DNA of 64,000 bases from Nemertoderma westbladi (lineage: Eukaryota > Animalia > Xenacoelomorpha). Positions 59,811 to 64,000 of this stretch are shown piece by piece. Both the position numbers and the translations under genes were made by a program. The stretch is taken from contig JAUCBJ010001588.1 in NCBI GenBank assembly GCA_032718475.1, positions 51,981-115,980 on the forward strand. The letters are read 5' to 3'. Positions within the stretch are counted from its first letter, which is position 1. Each line of letters starts with the position of its first letter. The notes beneath the pieces are model-generated. The model did not search any database. It was given only the letters and a program-made list of their open reading frames with translations, and was not told the DNA's origin.

Positions 59811-60563
59811 TTTCAAGGTTTCTATTTCCAAGCTGACTATTTTTTTTCAAACAAAGCATTTATTAATTTATAACACAGTATACTATGCAGTATAAAATCG
59901 CAAAAAATATAAAAATATACCGTACCGGTACTGAAATAAAATCACAACATTTTACAAATAAGGAGGATATTCACTAAAACATGTAGGGCAAAGTCCAGGT
60001 TTGTCGGGGCACATCGGGCAGATATACCGAGATTTTTTCACTATATCTTTGCTACTACAGACACGACAACGTTTCTGTGGCCATTATTGGGTTTTCCCAA
60101 TTTGTTCTTGTTTTACGAGTTTGTGTATTGGAGTCGTTGATGGTGTGGGAGGTACTGGCTGACGTATTGGTTTATGTGGGCTCGTCTGTACCTGGGAAAG
60201 GTGGTCAACGACGTCTAGATTATATTCATAAAACGTCATCCGTTTTGGTTTACCATCTTTACCATCGTGTGGTTTTTTATCACCACGATATCACGAAACT
60301 GTTTAGGACGAGACGCTGTATGTAGTGAATGCCTAGTTTGACAAACCATGAATAGGATTTACGTACAGCGCTGCATGAAGATATATAAGGTTTATTCGTT
60401 GATTTGTACTGGATACAATTATATCCACTAGTTTATCAGTGATAACAAAATCGACATAATCCTTTACCTAAAATTCCGTTGTATCTATACCTTTCCAACC
60501 AGTATCCGAGGTTTTAAAATCGCGAACTGGAACCCAGGAGTGGTTCTCTTCCCCAACAAAGGC

Positions 60564-61753
60564 TGTTCGCGCTTTCAGACCTTTGGCAGTTTAACCCACC
60601 AAATTAAGATGTCTTCTAGATATTAAATCGGTTTTTAGTCTATGACAAGTATTTGATTCACTACACTAGTCGAAACCAATCTGTGCGCGATCATTCACCC
60701 GCTGGATATTCCCGGGAGATTGGGTTCGACGGTTTAATTTTATTGCTATGTAAGCCTAATGTATTATTCGACTGACAGTATTATATAATCTCTGACAATA
60801 TTATTCACCTTCGGGAATATTAACAGTTCCTTTAGGACGTGGCGCTTTATCTATATAAACAGAGTTATGACTTAAACTACTCACAACGATATGGCTCAAT
60901 TATAATTCACATATATGGCGCATTCTTTAGGAATTGCTTCTTTAACAGACTCGCTCATACACAATGCTGCACAATACTGCACACTAATCTGCCAATCTTC
61001 ACTGATTTTAGTCACATATAAAAGGAACACAGACTGACTCATGTAGGGTCTATCAAATAACATTAGATTCACTTCAAACCACTTTAACATAAGTCACAAT
61101 CGTTATTGGTAACCTTTCTCTCTTACCTTCGGTATATCAAGAATATTGGGTTTCGGGGTTATTTATCGTTATTCCAAATATAATAATTCATCAACCATAT
61201 TATGAAGAACTGACAGTAAATAGCAGTATAAAACAACAATGAAAACACTGATTGTTATGAGTTTGCAATGTTTCAGCAGTCAGTATGTATGATCAGTTAG
61301 CAGTTAAAGGATATATGTCCTTATAATTAAACCTACTAGTGTAAGACTAAAAACTGAAACACGGAGGTGCCAAAAGCCGGTTCTTAGGCTCTGGGCAAAA
61401 ACATAACACTGAACTACTGAGTTTCTGTATATACCTCCAACACAGAGACAACAAACGCTCTGATTGGTCAACCTGAACAACGAGAGAACAAAGACAAAGA
61501 AACGTCGACGTGGCAATATCAGCTGCTAGCCGTCGTCATGGTAGCGACACTGTTTTCAAAGTATCCAGCTATTGCGTCACGAGATTGTGGATTATGTCCT
61601 CTAAAGTACAAATACAGTACAAATACATAAGAAATGACTTTTATGTCCTCTAAAACACCAGTACAGCAAGGACACGGCCCTTTTATGCCTGGCAAACCAA
61701 CTACAGAGTACTTTAAGGGAAAATAACCGGCTAATTACGCAAAAGCTTTTACA
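60564..61753 (-). repeat. 3' LTR of element B
   Basis: Starts tgttcgcgctttcagacc, ends cttttaca, followed by the same PPT. Confidence 0.92.
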
Positions 61754-64000
61754 CCGCTCCCAGAAAATGGGATTTAAGTCTATAAAATATAACAAATCAC
61801 AGTTTCTAAAATATAAAGATACTCTAAACAGTTAGCCTTTCTTACGCAGACGGCGTTTACGCAGTTTTTTGAGGCTAGCAAGAGTCCTTTTCTCTTTGGG
61901 GGGAGCCACTTTACTAGGAGGGCCATAACTCCTGGGTGAAGGGTGCAATATGATTGCATCAGAAGGTGTAGGATTGTGGTCGAGGTATCTGCCGTTTCGA
62001 TATGCTTCTCCTCGAGCTGATTTTCCTCCGCTCGTAGCTGGATACGTTCATCCAAAAACTCTCGCAGAGAATAGGATCGTCCAAGTTCGATAACTTCTTA
62101 GAGATTCTGGATTTCCCAATCAAATTGAGATAAGGCCAATTCGTTTATCGATTAGACTTACTGTTATAACTTACGTTTATCTGAACAAACGCAGGTTTCT
62201 TTTTTGATCTTTATAGAATAGCGTTTAACTCGTTTCGTACAACGCTCTCCTTCACCTTGATGAGGGGTTGTATCGCGTTAAACGGGGACGACCATACGGT
62301 TGGATAGTGATATTAGGTGTCCGCGTCACAATCCGGCTAGGTAAGATGGGCGGCTAGCTAGAAATCACTGTCGGAGTGTTACCGATTAATTGTTAGGGTA
62401 GCACTAGATCTTTGAACAGTGAATACAGTCCGCGAGGATCTGCGACACCATCAGGATCGCAGATCTGAGGTCCAACTAAGGAATGAGGAAATTTGACCGA
62501 GTATTCCGGGACTCTGATCGTAGGTTTACTCCAGGATCGTTCGAGCCGAGTGAGCATAGGTGATACGTCAACAAGTTTCGGTTTCCGTGGATGTTTATGT
62601 CTTTCCGTTTATTAGTTGGGTCTAGGGCATTTATCGTAATAATACCAAAGACGCACGTCTGGTAAGGTAAACGCGGGTGATATTTATTTGTTGTTACAAT
62701 GCTTCTATCAAGAATTCCAAATATACGTTGGAGTTACCGCGTCCATTTGTTTCTTTAGTGTCTTTTCTTTCGAGTCGATTTCGAATAGAATTTTCGCATT
62801 CGAATTTCAGTTTATGGTTCCGACTCAGCTGGGCAGGATATATAGTCGACATAGTCCGTATTGTGTAAATTGATAAAATGACCAGTAGTTAAGAAGCCCA
62901 TATACGTACCATTACGCTGCGTATATCGAGCAGCGAATTTTCTATAGTCCAACTCTCGCGAGAGCTGCACTTGGGACATTGTCGGTTCGATATAACGACC
63001 ATCGTCCTCCGCAGCAGTTGGACTAACGTCGCCGCGTATTAAGCTATCAACAAACGCTTGTAAAAGTAGAGTATATCACTCCCCGATACCAAGACCATCT
63101 TCTATCAACTCCGTCATATCTGCTATATATGAGTTTATCCATATTATAAGGAGTTTATATTTAGGCTAGCGAGCGTCGCTGCCTACTCCAATTAACCCCT
63201 GGACAGTACGAGATCCTCAGCGCCGATGTGTCGTCGCCACTGTACTTTCGCCAACGACGTAGCCGCACAACGACAACGACAACCGGCACAAGTCACTCGA
63301 CTGTCCGTCCCAAAGGCTTAGATGTACTTCAGGTTTTCCTTGGAGAGTTAGGTTACTTTTACGATTGCGACTAGCTACTGTAAACACACCTTAGCAGTAA
63401 CATTCACCTATAAACTCACAAATACCACACAACTGGTCACAACTACGCACATTCGGGCCATTTGTCCGTTAGTCAATGCCTTCCAGAATGTCACTGTATT
63501 ATTATGTATCCTTGGATACTAGCAGTGCGCTATTTATTCCCTATGCTATTCAATGGGACAAGCTTTCTATTGTTCTTTTAACTCAATTCTAATTCTAGCG
63601 TGGTTGTTGCTATGGTGACATTATGCAAAGCTAGCGGTAGAATTAGGGTGATTCCAATGCATACAGATCTGGGATGTTATTTAATAGTATTCTTTAATAG
63701 TCAATGTTCTGTTTTATACATGACTTTATGAATTTTATCGGCTATTGACTATGTTTGGGAGACTTTCGCACACTCATATGCATAATAAGATAAATCTCCG
63801 CTCCCTTGATCTATTAATTAATGGAATTTTGGGAACTTTATAAATTGCGTAAAAATGGCAATTTATTAAATTCATTAAAAGACATGAATTTAAATTTATT
63901 CCCTGAAATTTTATTATTTGATAATTAAATGGACATATTTTGATTCTAGAACATGTCTAGGGACACAAGATCCTTAATTCTATGACAATTGTCTTTTTTA
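60564..64000 (-). mobile_element. 3' part of a diverged sister BEL/Pao element (element B): 3' LTR, deleted accessory ORF and spacer; continues beyond the window
   Basis: Colinear similarity to 35822-37240 and 39050-41280. Confidence 0.93.

Overview
AT-rich eukaryotic (invertebrate-like metazoan) genomic DNA; the species cannot be determined from the sequence. The window opens inside an intron filled by a >9.7 kb 33-bp satellite, which explains all the giant repetitive ORFs at 1-9.7 kb. It then holds the 3' three-quarters of a multi-exon WDR47 orthologue (+ strand, exons 9738-34376). The WDR47 introns carry a Proto2-like LINE, two RTE LINEs, SINEs, MITEs and a same-strand nested C2H2 zinc-finger gene, and its last codons seed a 50-bp minisatellite. 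Downstream is a young 13.75-kb BEL/Pao-type LTR element (- strand, 1171-bp LTRs, 5-bp TSD). It has gag and protease but lacks RT and almost all RNase H and integrase, has no tRNA-type PBS, and carries a large non-env accessory ORF region with a zinc-knuckle array. A second 33-bp satellite, a second C2H2 gene, a CR1-like LINE and the 3' part of a diverged sister LTR element follow. Best candidates for novelty: (i) the BEL element's accessory ORF and a possible Tf1-like self-priming site; (ii) pervasive TA-flanked micro-insertions that look like DNA-transposon footprints, including in-frame ones inside zinc-finger coding sequence; (iii) a docking-protein-like linker in WDR47. All homology calls come from recognised motifs, with no database search; coordinates and difference counts were made by eye.
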